The notes below the pieces were generated by a model, which was not told the DNA's origin, ran no database searches, and was given only the letters and a program-made list of their open reading frames with translations. From the NCBI GenBank assembly GCA_043228905.1, contig JBHGNT010000010.1:19344001-19408000 (forward strand): a DNA stretch of 64,000 nucleotides, in the 5' to 3' direction. The position numbers and the translations under genes are program-made. The DNA comes from Azolla caroliniana (taxonomy: Eukaryota; Plantae; Polypodiophyta). Numbering within the stretch: the stretch's first letter is position 1; every line of letters begins with the position of its first letter. Shown here piece by piece: positions 13,901-27,100 of this stretch.

Positions 13901-14804
13901 ATGCACCTAAGATTTCTCCAAAGTCCTAAAGTTTGGCAATGGATGTGCCCAGAATTTCACAATCCATGTCAAGGCTCATGACGTTTGATGTATTCCCATA
14001 GCCATATTACTATGCATGAAATTCAGTTTGAATTGCTTATGCTACGTAGTAATACATAATGAATTTATTTCTCACCATGCGATTTGTTCAAATATTTGCA
14101 TAGATAAGCACTATGAAGGCTTTATTCAACGGTTGTTTTAAGAGCAAATTGTTGGAAAATGCAACAATAAAATCCTCACTTAAGAGTTGAATCCACCAGT
14201 GACCATCATAATGTTGTGAAGCACAAGATTTACCACTATGCATGCATCATATTTAATAAATAAGTGTTTTTTTTGAGAATTTAAATAGGGAAGCTCGTGT
14301 TTTTATAGTTAATCATGTAGAGACATTCGAAGTCTCTGATGTGCACTAGGATGTATTGTCTTGGGTGTCATTTCGATTTGATATTAGGGCTGTCAAATTT
14401 TCCTTGTGATGAGGTCATTTATGATGCTTGGCTCAATTAGATATGAGTAGCACCTAGATCGTTGGGTTCTCGAAAGAGTGTCCACATATGTGGACATTGA
14501 TGGGTCTTGAGAATGTGTAAAGCTTTTAAGTGGCAATTGTTGACATGAGGTGAAAGAACTCGAGGAGTAGTGTGGTGCAAAAGTTCTCTTGTTTAGATGT
14601 GAATGACTTCAAAAGAAATGGAGGATGGGCTACCTTATGAACCACACCTTGAAAGAAAGCAATGAGAATTAAGGATTACATATATACTTACGTGTGGGAA
14701 GACATGGCAAGAGAAATAAGGACAATTACCTTGTGTATCAAAATACCTAATCATATAAGGAGTAAAAATAAACTAAAACGCTTGTAATTCTAAAATGGTC
14801 AACC

Positions 14805-15055
14805 CTATAGGGAGTGATGATATCAACTAAAGCACTTATAATTTGTAAAGTGCTTAGTCCTATAAGAAGTGACATCAACTAAAGCACTTGCCATTTCTAA
14901 TATACTTGAAAAGGAGTAATATCAAACAAACCTACTTGCGATTTCTAAAATACCCGGTCTTATACGGAGTGATATCAACTAAACTAATTGGAGGTTGTAA
15001 AATTTTAGGTTGTATAAACAATGATTTAAACTAAGCCACATGCAATTTGTAAAGT
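14805..15055. repeat. Degenerate tandem repeat, about 55 bp unit, 4-5 copies
   Basis: Repeated GAGTGATATCAACTAAAGCACTTG..ATTT.TAAA motif. Confidence 0.75.
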
Positions 15056-16344
15056 ACAGTGGAAAGTTAAGATATCAATTGTTGGTTGTTTTACTGAAAA
15101 TGTTTGATCTTAAATACATTAATACTTAACTTCCCTCAAATGAGGTTGAAGTTAATATTGTTTAAAAACGCAGACGAACCCCTTCATTGCAATGTCAAAT
15201 TTGTAATAATTCAATAATTAAAATGATTAATGATCTATTTATTGTGTTTAATTCAACTTTTATTGATTTTCAAATATGTGATTAGTTGCATGATATTTTT
15301 GTTACATCCATATTGTATCATTTGTGCTTTAAACTAAATTTATTGATTAGTTCCCTAAATATAACATTTAATTCATATCCATTGGCCTTATGCTTTAAGA
15401 AAACCACATTAAATTAGTACTTCAAGCTTACTTTTTGGCAAACCATATTTTAACTCTTATTTTGTGAATTTGGGCAATCCTTACATTTTTTACACTTGAC
15501 GAGATATTATTGATGATACCCCTTATGGAAGGTATATCTTTTGTATTACATCTAATTATCCTAATGCTATCCTTTGTATTACGATTTGCCCTTAGACTGT
15601 AAGATGTAAAACATGTATAGGAAAAATATAATCATGTGGCAAGACAAAGCAGCTATAGCAAAGCAAAAGATTGATAATGGATCATTGATGGACACCAAAG
15701 TGCAAATTTGATGGTTGCATTCTATCGAGAATATTTTATATGGTTTAAGCATCAATGTATAGTGAGATGGAGGTCAATGACAAGACTAAGATGTTTTACT
15801 TTGTGCATTTGATCCTCTAAAACACATGTTTTTTTTATTTAAGACGCATCACACATACAAAGTTTCACTTTGTGGTTGATCCATGGAAGAATACATAATA
15901 TTATTACTAGTACATTGGTTCATTGCATTTTGTCATGTGCCATTTAGAACTTGTATGCTTATTATTGAGCATCTTGAGAGTTTATTCTCTCCAATTTTAC
16001 TAACTTGAAAGTTTATGAGCACCAAACTCTAAATTAGGAAATTACTCGTTGGAGATAAATTATCGTATTAGACAATAGCTTCATTGCAATTCAAAATATG
16101 AAGCAACCTATCCAAAACCTTCAAAAATATCCTTTATAGTTGTAAAACAATGGGAACAAAAAAACTACATGTCCACAAGGCGATGGGAATGAAAGAATTT
16201 ACATGTCCACAAGGACGGTGCAGGTCAAGTCCTACATTGATACGCGCTTGAGGATCTTTGAAAGCTTATTCACACATTCCACTTGTGTACTCTCCCTTGT
16301 AAAGAGTGTGAATACTTATCTTTTGATTGTATTTAGGTTATATT

Positions 16345-16455
16345 TATTTAGACTTAAGTTATACCTCATTCACTAATTCTTGGAGACTTAAGTTCTACTT
16401 TGTTCACTATTTCTTGGAGACTTAAGTTCTAATTTGTTCCCTAGTTCTTGGAAAC
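16345..16455. repeat. Minisatellite, about 34 bp unit, 3-4 copies
   Basis: Repeated TTCTTGGAGACTTAAGTTCTA.TTTGTTC.CTA. Confidence 0.8.
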
Positions 16456-18334
16456 ATTCGCTTTAGTTCTCAACTTTCACTTCATCCTTTGGTATCTTAG
16501 AGAGATTATATTCCAAGTTTCTCACTTTTACATTATTTTGGATGTTATGTATTTGTTGTCCGTATTTAGGCAATATTTCACAATATTAAGGTGTGCCTTA
16601 TGCATTCATGCTTAGACAAATAAAGAAGGCTAGATTTCTCATAAGTTGTGTCTACCTCCATTGATGTAGTGTGGATCAATACATCTCTTGATAATATCCT
16701 AATGGCCATTCTCAAGTCTAAGTTGTACTCTATACATTGGTGTTTAAAAGTTATTGTTGAGTTGATCATTACACTTGGGCAAACACTATTTAAGAGTTTT
16801 CTTGCTACTAAGGATCTTTAGGGACTATTCTCTCTTTTGTTCTCAATTCTAAAGAAAGTGGATATCATTCAAATCTTTACTACATTCAAATATCACCTAA
16901 GAGTGATGTAACTTGTCACACTATAATCCACGACAATAGAATAATGTTCACCCATAAGCATGCAGGCTCTTGATTTACATTAAACCAATCCCTCATATGG
17001 AAGGTCATTTGTAACTACATTGTGATGCTCATATTGATGCTTTCTGAATTCCCTCCAACTACACCTTTAAAATATTGTGTGGCAACATATATATACCAAA
17101 ACATGTTGGCACCATGCACTTACAACATAATTACCTCAGAATAATCAGACTCTTCCACAAAAACATAAACCTCTTTTGTCATAATCCTCACTTCAATCAT
17201 TCCTAGCATTTTCAAGTATCTAGAATAAGCACACAAGTGTGTGCATAAATGCTACCACAAATCTCAAATTCAAGGCCTCTTATAAATGTTTTTCTCTTTC
17301 CATAAATTGAATTATTTTCTTGTGGTGAAATTATGATGAGCTACAACATGCAAGCTTAATTGTTTACCATTGGGCAATCCTAAATTTCAAATTTAACAAC
17401 AGTGGCTACTCTCAGAACTCACAACAATCTGGTAATTATGCAATTACATGCCACAAACAAATATTCATGACAACAGTCATTACTGTAGATGACTTGGGGC
17501 TGGTTCCCCATACCATGGTTCATAGATGACATGCATGGTGTGAAAATACCACTATAGCTATAATAACTTAACAAAGCCAAAGTTACAAGAGTATCTTACA
17601 TTCGCCCCAGAGTGAAAGCCTTGATGTATATCACTTGATAGCCATCTTTTATGAATAAGAAAAACAAAAATCTGATGTCATCTCTGGTTTACACTCTTGT
17701 ATCATTAATATTTCATCAACCAAAAGGTTACCTTCATCTAGACCGTCTATAATTCACCGGGGCCTTTCATTTGGGTTCTGGCAAGCGTTAATGGGGACAA
17801 ATATCGAATATAATAAAAGTGCATCGAGATTACATTAGGACTGCCCCTTTGCCAATACCTTGCCTTTGGATGAATACAATTTTTTACTTTTCGCAGCTTG
17901 TAAGAAGATTATTAATATTCATAAAGCAATCCTGGATGTTTTTAATAATTACTGTTCCCCATGTGCACTCTAAAATCAAATTTGAAGAGGAACGATATGC
18001 ATCAAGACCTCAAACCCCAATATATATGTATATATAAAATGTAAAAAAAATACAACAAACAGAATAGTCATGAAGATACACCCCAATGACCTTTCCATGG
18101 TTACTACCATTGACTACTTTTTGATACATCTCTCAATACTCTCCTTCACTCACCATCTTCTGGTAATTGTATATTTTTCAAAAACCCATACATTAATTTA
18201 CTCTTTCCACCTCTATGATGATATTAGACAAGCCGTAAGCAGAGTATCCGAATTTTATCAGATGACAAAAAACATGAGATGCCCATTTTTGGTTTTTGTT
18301 TGTTCTTTTTTCTACACATAACTGAATTAAACTA

Positions 18335-21300
18335 TCATATAGATTCACTGTGATGAAGATATAGACCAAGTCCAAACCTCGCACATGCTCGAACAAAAGC
18401 CATGGCTTCTGCTTTCTGAGTGGGGTCTCCCATTTGTGATCCAGATGTAGTCATAGTTCCCGATGCTTCACGAAATACCTGTTTTAAACATCAAAAGATA
18501 ATGTGGAGTCAAAACAATAAATTCATTCTTGCACATATTATTTTACCGCATACATATGCCTATATTATTTTCATCACTTGCACTTTTCACGCAAAGAAAA
18601 ATAAAACGAATGAATGAAAAGAGCAATTTTCCAACATGAAAGAGTCCGAAAACATTATTTTCATCACAAACACATATACCCTACATAGAAAGAAATATTA
18701 TGAAACTGACAATTTGCTGACACGAAAGAATCAGAAATGCTTTTAAGTAATTATGCAATGGAAAGGTCAAGTTCACTTGTTACAACAACACTCCGGTGGC
18801 TTGCACCAAGTAAGCATGTAACTATTATGGTTTATAACTCAGATGGTGCATATTTACATCCCTCTTTCTCTCTCTCTAATTCTAGATCTCCATAGATTGC
18901 AATCGGTCTCCCATGGACATTAAAAAGATATTTATCTATCTATTCAGATTGGATAAGATAAATATCTTCTTGTGACTGTACCATTAATCATAAACCATGT
19001 AAACTAAGAAAATGCACCATCAGCATGCATCCTTTATAGAAACAGATTTCTACCGATTTTCAAACAAGAATAAAATAGCCGGTTTTTCCAGTCAAACTTT
19101 TAAACTGAGATTTTCTAGAAATAGAATTTTGGATGATTAGGTCTACCTTAAAAAGCACATAAACCATATACCAACTTTCATATAACATTGAAGAGGGCTG
19201 ATATATATATATATATCTTTTGTCTTTGACACAATAAGAGGCCTGATATGAGAAAGATGGGCCATTATAAGGGGAGAATAAACAAAAAGAAATAAAAACC
19301 AGTCCATATAAATGAGTAAAGAAGCTTAAAAATACAAGATATATGCATAATTATACATCCCCATTTGCTAGTTTATCCCTTTCTGGCAATGCATCTATCA
19401 ACAAAGGACTACGTGATACTTTTTATCAGAAGTTACTTTCGATGCATTTATCAATTAATTCTCTGCATGATACATTCAATGTAAAGCACATCATTCTTTC
19501 GATCTTCTCAACACTTGTATGTGTGTAAATTCAACCAGTGACAATTGAGTTACAATTTAATATATGCACATTCAAATGCTGAAATGTTGTCAGTAAGGAA
19601 GTGCATCGGTGCGTATTTTTAAAACAGTGAAGACAGTTGAGTAATACGTAGAAGTCAAAAAACAAATGGAATCACTATATATGCTTCCTCTTTTAATCAC
19701 TATATAAACACTTTGAGATGTAACATTGGAATCAACAAATACCCCTTATAAAAGAGCATACATAAACATACAAAAACAAACCTCTCCATCAGAACCTCTT
19801 ATTGTGACACGGTATATAACAGTGACAAAGTTCCCATCTGCAGAAAATGTGATATCTCGAACTTCACCACACCACCCTAAAACATTTAAACATAAATATA
19901 TGTATCATATACTAACATGTTTTATTCCAATATTAGAAATAAAACCAGAGGATAACCTGGAGCATAGAAACTGAGGAGTCTATTAGCTTGGTACCTGCAA
20001 AGAGGTAATACAAATCACAACATATTATTCTCATGCCACTTAAGCATGCTACATGCTCTTGATAGAAATAAATTAACTAATCATTACTAATAACTCAATA
20101 AATCAGAAGAGTAATGCCGTCAGATGCAACCAATGAAGTAATTACCTAATGTTTATAACTAGATGAAAATGTCACTTGAAAAGGACACATGCAACCAGAA
20201 AGAATATGTATCACTCATTTGACTCTCTATGGTTATATTATTGTAAATATCTAGAAGAGAGCATGGTTTCTCATAGATATTCAATCGTATTTTATGGATT
20301 AATCCACTGACACATCATAATGCTAGGCCTTCCATGGAGAAAAAGAGCAAGGAAAGAAAAGAATGTATAGAACCACAAAAAATAAGTACCACTCACTTGC
20401 CTCGCAGAAAGTTTATACAGTTATAACAAGGAAGCCCATTTTTCCAAGGCAAGTAGAGGTTAAAGGTTTCATTTCGTCAGTAAGGAAGAGGCTATCAACT
20501 GGGGCTTATCAGGACCTTGGAGCATCAGGAGTTAAGTGGAATCTCCAAAGAATCGATACTTATGAATGTTATGATAACGTATGTTGGCAAATTCAATTGA
20601 AAGCAGACGATGTGTTGGCTTGTTACTTGGTACATTCTCCCATGAATGGGTTTAGGAAGCTCTGCAAAACCCTATGCATATACAGACCCAATCAGGTCCT
20701 ATGATTCTAGCATTATTGTTATGCATTCATTTACCCCTGATCCAAAACAATACCTACTTTTATGGCTCAACTATCAGTTACGTTGCTGGGTCCTTCTGAT
20801 ATTTAGAAAAGGTAACCAAGACTGAATCTTCTGATATTGCTTGTGTTACGTACCTCATTGGAATAGGTCCTAATTTATAATACAGAATCATAGGAACAAA
20901 ATATAACGAAGACTGAATCTTCTGGTATTGTCTTTCATTGAAGCTTGTTTTGTAATGTTAGGTCCTAATCCACAATGTCACCCAAAATTTCTACGAGTTA
21001 TTGTGATATTGTGCTTGCAGTGGAACACTTCATTTTCTTTCCTCACACACAGATTGCATCCATTTTTCATTTTGTTTGCATAGAATACAGATGATGAGAA
21101 ATATATGCACATATACATATACATTACGTACACACACATTTCTTGTGATGCGTATATACATACATGCATATGGTAAAAGAAAGGCATATATATGTATACA
21201 AACATTACATACTCGCATGTATATCATAAGTACATACATACACAACGCATGCATATATTACGCACCTACATACATAAATTACATAAATGCATAACAAAAT

Positions 21301-22060
21301 ATATTACATATACTACGTTAAGTATATACATACATTCTTGGAGGATTCTGGCAGTTGGTGCAGCTATGCAGATATCTTCATGGTAAGATATTATTATCCA
21401 ACTACCCACTACAACAATCCGTTGGATTGCATCATTCAGCATCATGATGCAATAATATCACCCCTTAACTAGGTCATCTTTTGGAGTTTTCACAGCTTTG
21501 GTCTATATACATACGTTTATTCACACGTCCATACATATATTACATCATCACATACTTTATTTTAGTAATACTCATACTACTATTGGGAAATCTCAACGTA
21601 AGCTGAAAACCTTCAAAGATTGAAAGGAAGTGGACAAAATCATTAACGTGCTAAGAAACACTCAAGTTAAAGATTGTAAGTTTCATACATACCATGGAAT
21701 GTACTTTTGATTCTCGGTTCCTTCTTTGAGTACCTGATCTGGAACCTTCTTGTTGAGATCACGCAATATTTCAGCCAGAGGTCGGATAATGAAGGAAGAG
21801 CCTGAATTCACATCTGCAATATAGCTAGTATTAGAATTTGCTAGCAGCATCCTTCCACTTTCATCTGCATTTACTTTCATCTGTTTATCCAAATTAGGGT
21901 TATGATTAGTGTCCGGGTTCTGGTTAGCATTAGCGGAGAAAAGAGAAGCTCTTGGAGTAAGTGAAAATCTACTTATGGGGTATATGGGTGTACAAACAAA
22001 AGAATGGTGGGTTGTGGGAAAAGAAGAAGAAAAGCATGTAATGTGATGCAATGTCTCCAT
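18335..22060 (-). CDS. RAD52-2: Plant organellar RAD52-like ssDNA-annealing protein (RAD52-2/ODB2-like, probably plastid); 4 exons, about 214 aa
   Basis: GT-AG exons 22060-21693, 19994-19957, 19876-19782 and 18478-18335 join in frame (645 nt). They give a Ser/Thr-rich transit-like N-terminus followed by [84 protein letters not shown], the plant RAD52 signature. Confidence 0.93.
21040..21340. repeat. TA/CA-rich low-complexity region in RAD52 intron 1
   Basis: Dense ATAC/ACAT repeats. Confidence 0.8.
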
Positions 22061-22434
22061 GCTTAGTCGTGAGGATGAGGTATGTGCAGTAGCAGGTATG
22101 CTTGTGAGTAGCAGTCGATAGAAATGGCTCAGACTATATTATTATTATGGTTAGACCTGTCAAGATTTTTGGAAGGGTCTCCCTGAAAAGCTCTGATTGA
22201 TGCAGTTTGAATGCCTTTCTCCATAGAAGAAGAAGAAGAAGAAGCTTAACAACAAAAAAGGTGTAAAAGATCAAATATCTCTACAACACACCATCACTGT
22301 GATGTACCTTTTTAATTTAGCTTTTCTTTGTTTTTGGATGGCTTTCTAACTATATGTACATACATATTCAAATGTTTCATTCAATAAATGGCCATGAGAA
22401 CACATGGGTCTTGCTCCAATAATCAATTGCTCAC

Positions 22435-22545
22435 GCTCTCTCTCTCTCTCTCTCATGTATTCAATTTTGGCCTTAAGAAGACGTTAATATATCTTTCTTT
22501 CTTTTCTTTCTTTTCTCTCTCTCTCTCTCTCTCTATCTCTGTCTC
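22435..22545. repeat. (CT)n microsatellites upstream of RAD52
   Basis: Two (CT)n runs at about 22435-22454 and about 22514-22545. Confidence 0.9.
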
Positions 22546-23794
22546 GAAATGATGATGAACCATGATTCATCGTGCATAGAGATCTCACATTCACGTGTAG
22601 CATAGTGAGCCACCATGTTCACGTAATGAGGTCATAGTGGACCACCATGTTCGCGTAATGTCATAACTTGTGTTGACCCACCCCCCATTTCCAAACACAT
22701 TCGTAGGGCAAGCATTAGGCACATGATACATAAGTTTTCACAATCAAAGAGCTTTTGTCCATACGATGCATTGATTTCAATAGCAATGGATTTCAACCAT
22801 TGTTCGTGTATTTGCAGTAGGAAATTGTGAATGGGTCAAGCAAGGCCCGCAATTTTATGAATGGTCAATGTAAGGCCACAATAGTGATATGGCAGAGGTG
22901 CCTCCTCCTTAAGAGATTCTCCACCCAAGGACAAGGGATTGTGTGGTGTTCGAGAGTAAGGGTCACTTTATACATTGTGGTTATGAAGATCAAGTTTCCA
23001 CACTTAAGATATCTCAATCAAAGTATTCTTAAACTCATGCTTAGTTGAGAAAAAATTTCCACGTACCCAATCATTGTAGAGGAAACCATAATATGTCCAC
23101 TCTCAACAACCTTTGAGCATATATGCCTTTGGTGAATGGTGTGATCTCCGCCCTTTGGCAATTTGAAGGGTATGTATACCTTCGTAACATTTTCGCAAAC
23201 CTTTTCTCTTTAAAAGAAAAGGTTTGTACTTCCATTGTATGTATAAGAAGGCATAGAGCTCGTGCTTGAAGCACCATCTACTTTAAACCTTTTAGATTTA
23301 AGGATAAATGTACATACCCTTAAAACACAAAGAGAGTGGAGATTTTGATATTTAATTTAGCTTTTGGAGCACTCTTAATTGGATATGAACTAAATGTAAT
23401 GAGTAGGGGTAACCATATCATTGAATTCAATGATTCAAGAACATTGTTTGGATATTATTTTAAACCACATTATTAGATAACGAATCATTTACTTACTTTA
23501 CTTTTTGATGCCATTATAATCTCAAAATAGTTTTAAATGCAATCATCAAGGATGCTTACTTTCACGCTTACTTTAGAATAATGGCGAAAACAATATGTTA
23601 GCATTATGTTTTATCAGGGGTATGTGCAAGGGATTTTCTTGACAATAAGGCAATAGATTGCCCCTGAAACAAGAAGGTAGAAGGTAGGTTTGGGTGGGGA
23701 GGAAGGCAACTACCTTGGCTAGCAAGCTGGCATAACACATTGCTTTTTATAATTTACCTCTATCTGTACCATCATGTAACTACCAGAATACTCC

Positions 23795-24020
23795 CATGTT
23801 TCTCAATATGATGAAAACACATGTAATTGGTAATGTGTAGAGACAAGCAGTCTACAAGGGTATATTTGGATGACTTAGATCTCCCATTTGAGCTTGGTTC
23901 TATAACTTGTTGGGTATTTAATATCACAATACCCCTATGCTTCTCAAAATGATGAAAATACATGTAATTGGGTGATGTTTAGAGACAGGCAGTCTACAGG
24001 GGTATGTATACATATTTGGA
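23795..24020. repeat. Direct duplication upstream of the first PPR gene
   Basis: TTCTCAA.ATGATGAAAA.ACATGTAATTGG..ATG..TAGAGACA.GCAGTCTACA.GGGTAT occurs at about 23800 and about 23941. Confidence 0.85.
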
Positions 24021-24138
24021 TAGTTTTCCTTTTATTGACATTTTACCCCTCGAAATAGTCTCTGTTTTTCACAGTTCCTCGTGCTTCACGACGAAGGCTC
24101 TGTCGCAAGACGCATCCGAGCAATGAAGGGAGAGAATC

Positions 24139-27100
24139 ATGAACTTCCCTCAAACGCAGAAGCTTTCTCCTTATTTTCGTGCTGGAGCGAAACCAAGAGT
24201 AAGTTTGGTGCAGAAATTCGACCAGCTGAGCCTACAGGAGTCACTTGATCTTTTGAACCGAAAAGAAGACTCACTTTCAACCGATATATGCTTGAATCTC
24301 TTGGAAAAATGTAGGAAAAAGAAAGACCTGATTCTTGCACAGCATGTACATACCCTTATTTGTGATAATGGGATGGAAAATGATATCATTATTGGGAATT
24401 ATATTGTACCAATTTTGGCAGAATGCGGGGATGTGATTCGTGCTGAGTTAGTATTAAATAGGTTAACATCAAGGAATGTATACTCATGGACATCTGTCAT
24501 CTTGGGTTTCTTGAAATGTGGTAATCCAAGATATGCTCTTGAGTTATACGATAATATGAGAGAAGATGGCGTTTATGCAAATAGTCATACCTTTGTTATC
24601 ATATTGAAAATATATGGTTGCCTTAGAGATTTGAAGAAAGGGGAAGAAGCCCATTTTGACATTATAAAAGTTGGGTATGAAAGAGATGTTTTTGTTGGAA
24701 CTGCCTTAGTAGATATGTATATAAAATGTGGGTCACTTTCATATGCACAACAAGTTTTTGATAAGATGTCAATTCATAATGTTGTTTCTTGGAATGCATT
24801 GGCTATGGGGTATGCTCAACATGGGTCCCTTATGAGAGTTTTTGAATGCTTTAATCAAATGGTACTGGAACACATTTCCCCGGATGACGTTACATTTTTG
24901 TGTGGTTTGAAAGTTTGTAGCAATTCCAGGGCATTGTGTGATGGTCAAAGATTGCATGAGGAGCTCACAAAAATAGGTTTTGAATTGGATGGCATTGTGG
25001 GCAACACTTTGATTGATATGTATGCTAAATGCAGTGCAATTGATGAGGCATGTCATGTCTTTGATAAGTTACCAAATAGAAATGTCATTTCTTGGAATGC
25101 ATTGATTTCAGGATATATAGAAGATGGATCAGTACATGAAGCATTAAAGTATTATGAGAAAATGCTAATAAACTGTATACTTCCAGATGTGGTCACATTA
25201 TTGTTTGCTCTGAGAGCATATCACGCTATAAATGCTATAGAAAGAATTCAATGGACTCACATTGAGATTGTAAAAAGAGGATTTGAAGGAGACTGTATGG
25301 TAGGTAACACTTTGATCAATGTGTATTGTAAATGTGACTTCCTAGAAGAGGCACAAAAGGTTTTTAATGAACTATCAATCCATAATGTTGTTTCATGGAA
25401 TGTTTTGATTACTGGCTATGTGGAATCAGGGTGTGATGATAATGCATTACAGTGTTTTGAAGATATGCAGAAGATAGGAATTGTTCCAGATGTTATTACG
25501 TTTGTTTCTATCCTGAAATGTTGTACTAATGTAATTAATATAGTAAAAGGCTGGGAATTGCACACATATATGATACAAACAGGGCTCAAATTTGATCTGT
25601 TTCTGTCAAACGCGCTGATTGATATGTATGCAAAATGTGGGCTACTTGCAGATGCACATAAAATCTTTGATGAATTATTGGATCGAGATGTGGTCTCATG
25701 GACTTCACTTTTTGCTGGATATTGTGAACGCATGTCTTATGCTGAGTTGTTTACTTTCTTTGATAAGATGAAAATCGAGGGTATTTTACCAGACACCAAT
25801 ATGCTTTCCTGTCTTCTGAAAGCTTGCTGTAATTTAGAATCCCTTGAGAAGGGATTGGATCTACATAATGAGGCTATACAACGGGGATTTGAGAAAGAAG
25901 CATTTCTTGGTATTGCTATAGTAGATATGTATGCAAAATGTGATTTGCTGTTAGATGCAAAAAGTGTGTGTGACACACTACCAGTTCGAGATATACTCAC
26001 ATGGAATGCACTTATTTCAGGATATGCAGAGTTCCATTCTGTTGATCAAATCGAAAAATGCTTAAAGCAAATCAAAATTGAAGGCCTTTCCCCTGATATT
26101 ACTACATTTGTGCATGTTTTAAAAACATGTAGCAAGAGTGCAAATGTAAGAATGGGCCAAGATATGCACAGGAAAATCATGACGATTGGAGTTGAGGACA
26201 ATTTTATGATAAGATGCAGCTTGGCGGAGATGTATGTTAAATGTACCTTGATCGCAGATGCGCAAAAAGTATCTGAGGACCTGGCACCAGCAGCAAAAAA
26301 CACACCGTGGACTTCTATGTTAACAGGATTCAAAGAGAATGAACCAACTGAGCAAATGTTAGGATTTGTGCAGCAAATGCAACTTCAAGACATCTTCCAA
26401 AATAAGGCAAATTTTGCATGCATCTTTAAAGCTTATTGTGCGACAAAAGATATTGTTAAAAGTCAAGAGTTACATACCGAGATTGTATTGAGGGGTTTTG
26501 AGAAGGATCTTTTGATTGGCAGTGCATTGGTTCAGCTGTATGCAATATGTAATTCACTCATCGATGCACGTGAAATTTTTAGAAAACTTTCAGTTCGAGA
26601 TGTTGTTTCATGGAACATTATAATAGCAGGGTATATTGAGGAATGTGCTTTTCGGGAGGCTTTAGATAGTGCTTTAGAAATGCAAGATGTGGGTATCCCA
26701 CCGAATCCGGTCACATTTTTATACACCGTAAGAGCATGTGGAAGCATGGGACTTATAGAGAAAGGCAATCAAATATACATTGATGCTGTATGTAAGGGAT
26801 TTGATAATGATCTGTTTGTGGGAAATACAGTCATTGATATGTATGCAAAATGTGGCTTAGTCGGTGAGGCGCAAGAAGTCTTTGCAAAGCTTAGTGTTCG
26901 AGATACTGCATCATGGAATTCAATGATAGTAGGATACGGCATAAACCATGATATTAGAAGGGCAATGCAAGTTTTTGAGAATATGCAAGATGACAAGAAA
27001 GTCATGCCTGATGCTACCACATTCATATGTCTTCTTAGTGCATGCAGTAGAGGCAGTCTTGTTAATGAAGGGCACAAATACTTCAGAATGATGGCTGAAG

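Noticed and set aside
14805-15055. Repeat-spacer-like pattern resembling a CRISPR array
   Set aside because: The units are degenerate along their whole length, the 'spacers' resemble each other, there are no cas genes, and the context is eukaryotic.
20363-20704. 113-aa plus-strand ORF inside RAD52 intron 1
   Set aside because: No recognisable family or gene structure; likely chance. The opposite strand is noted as a candidate cassette exon.
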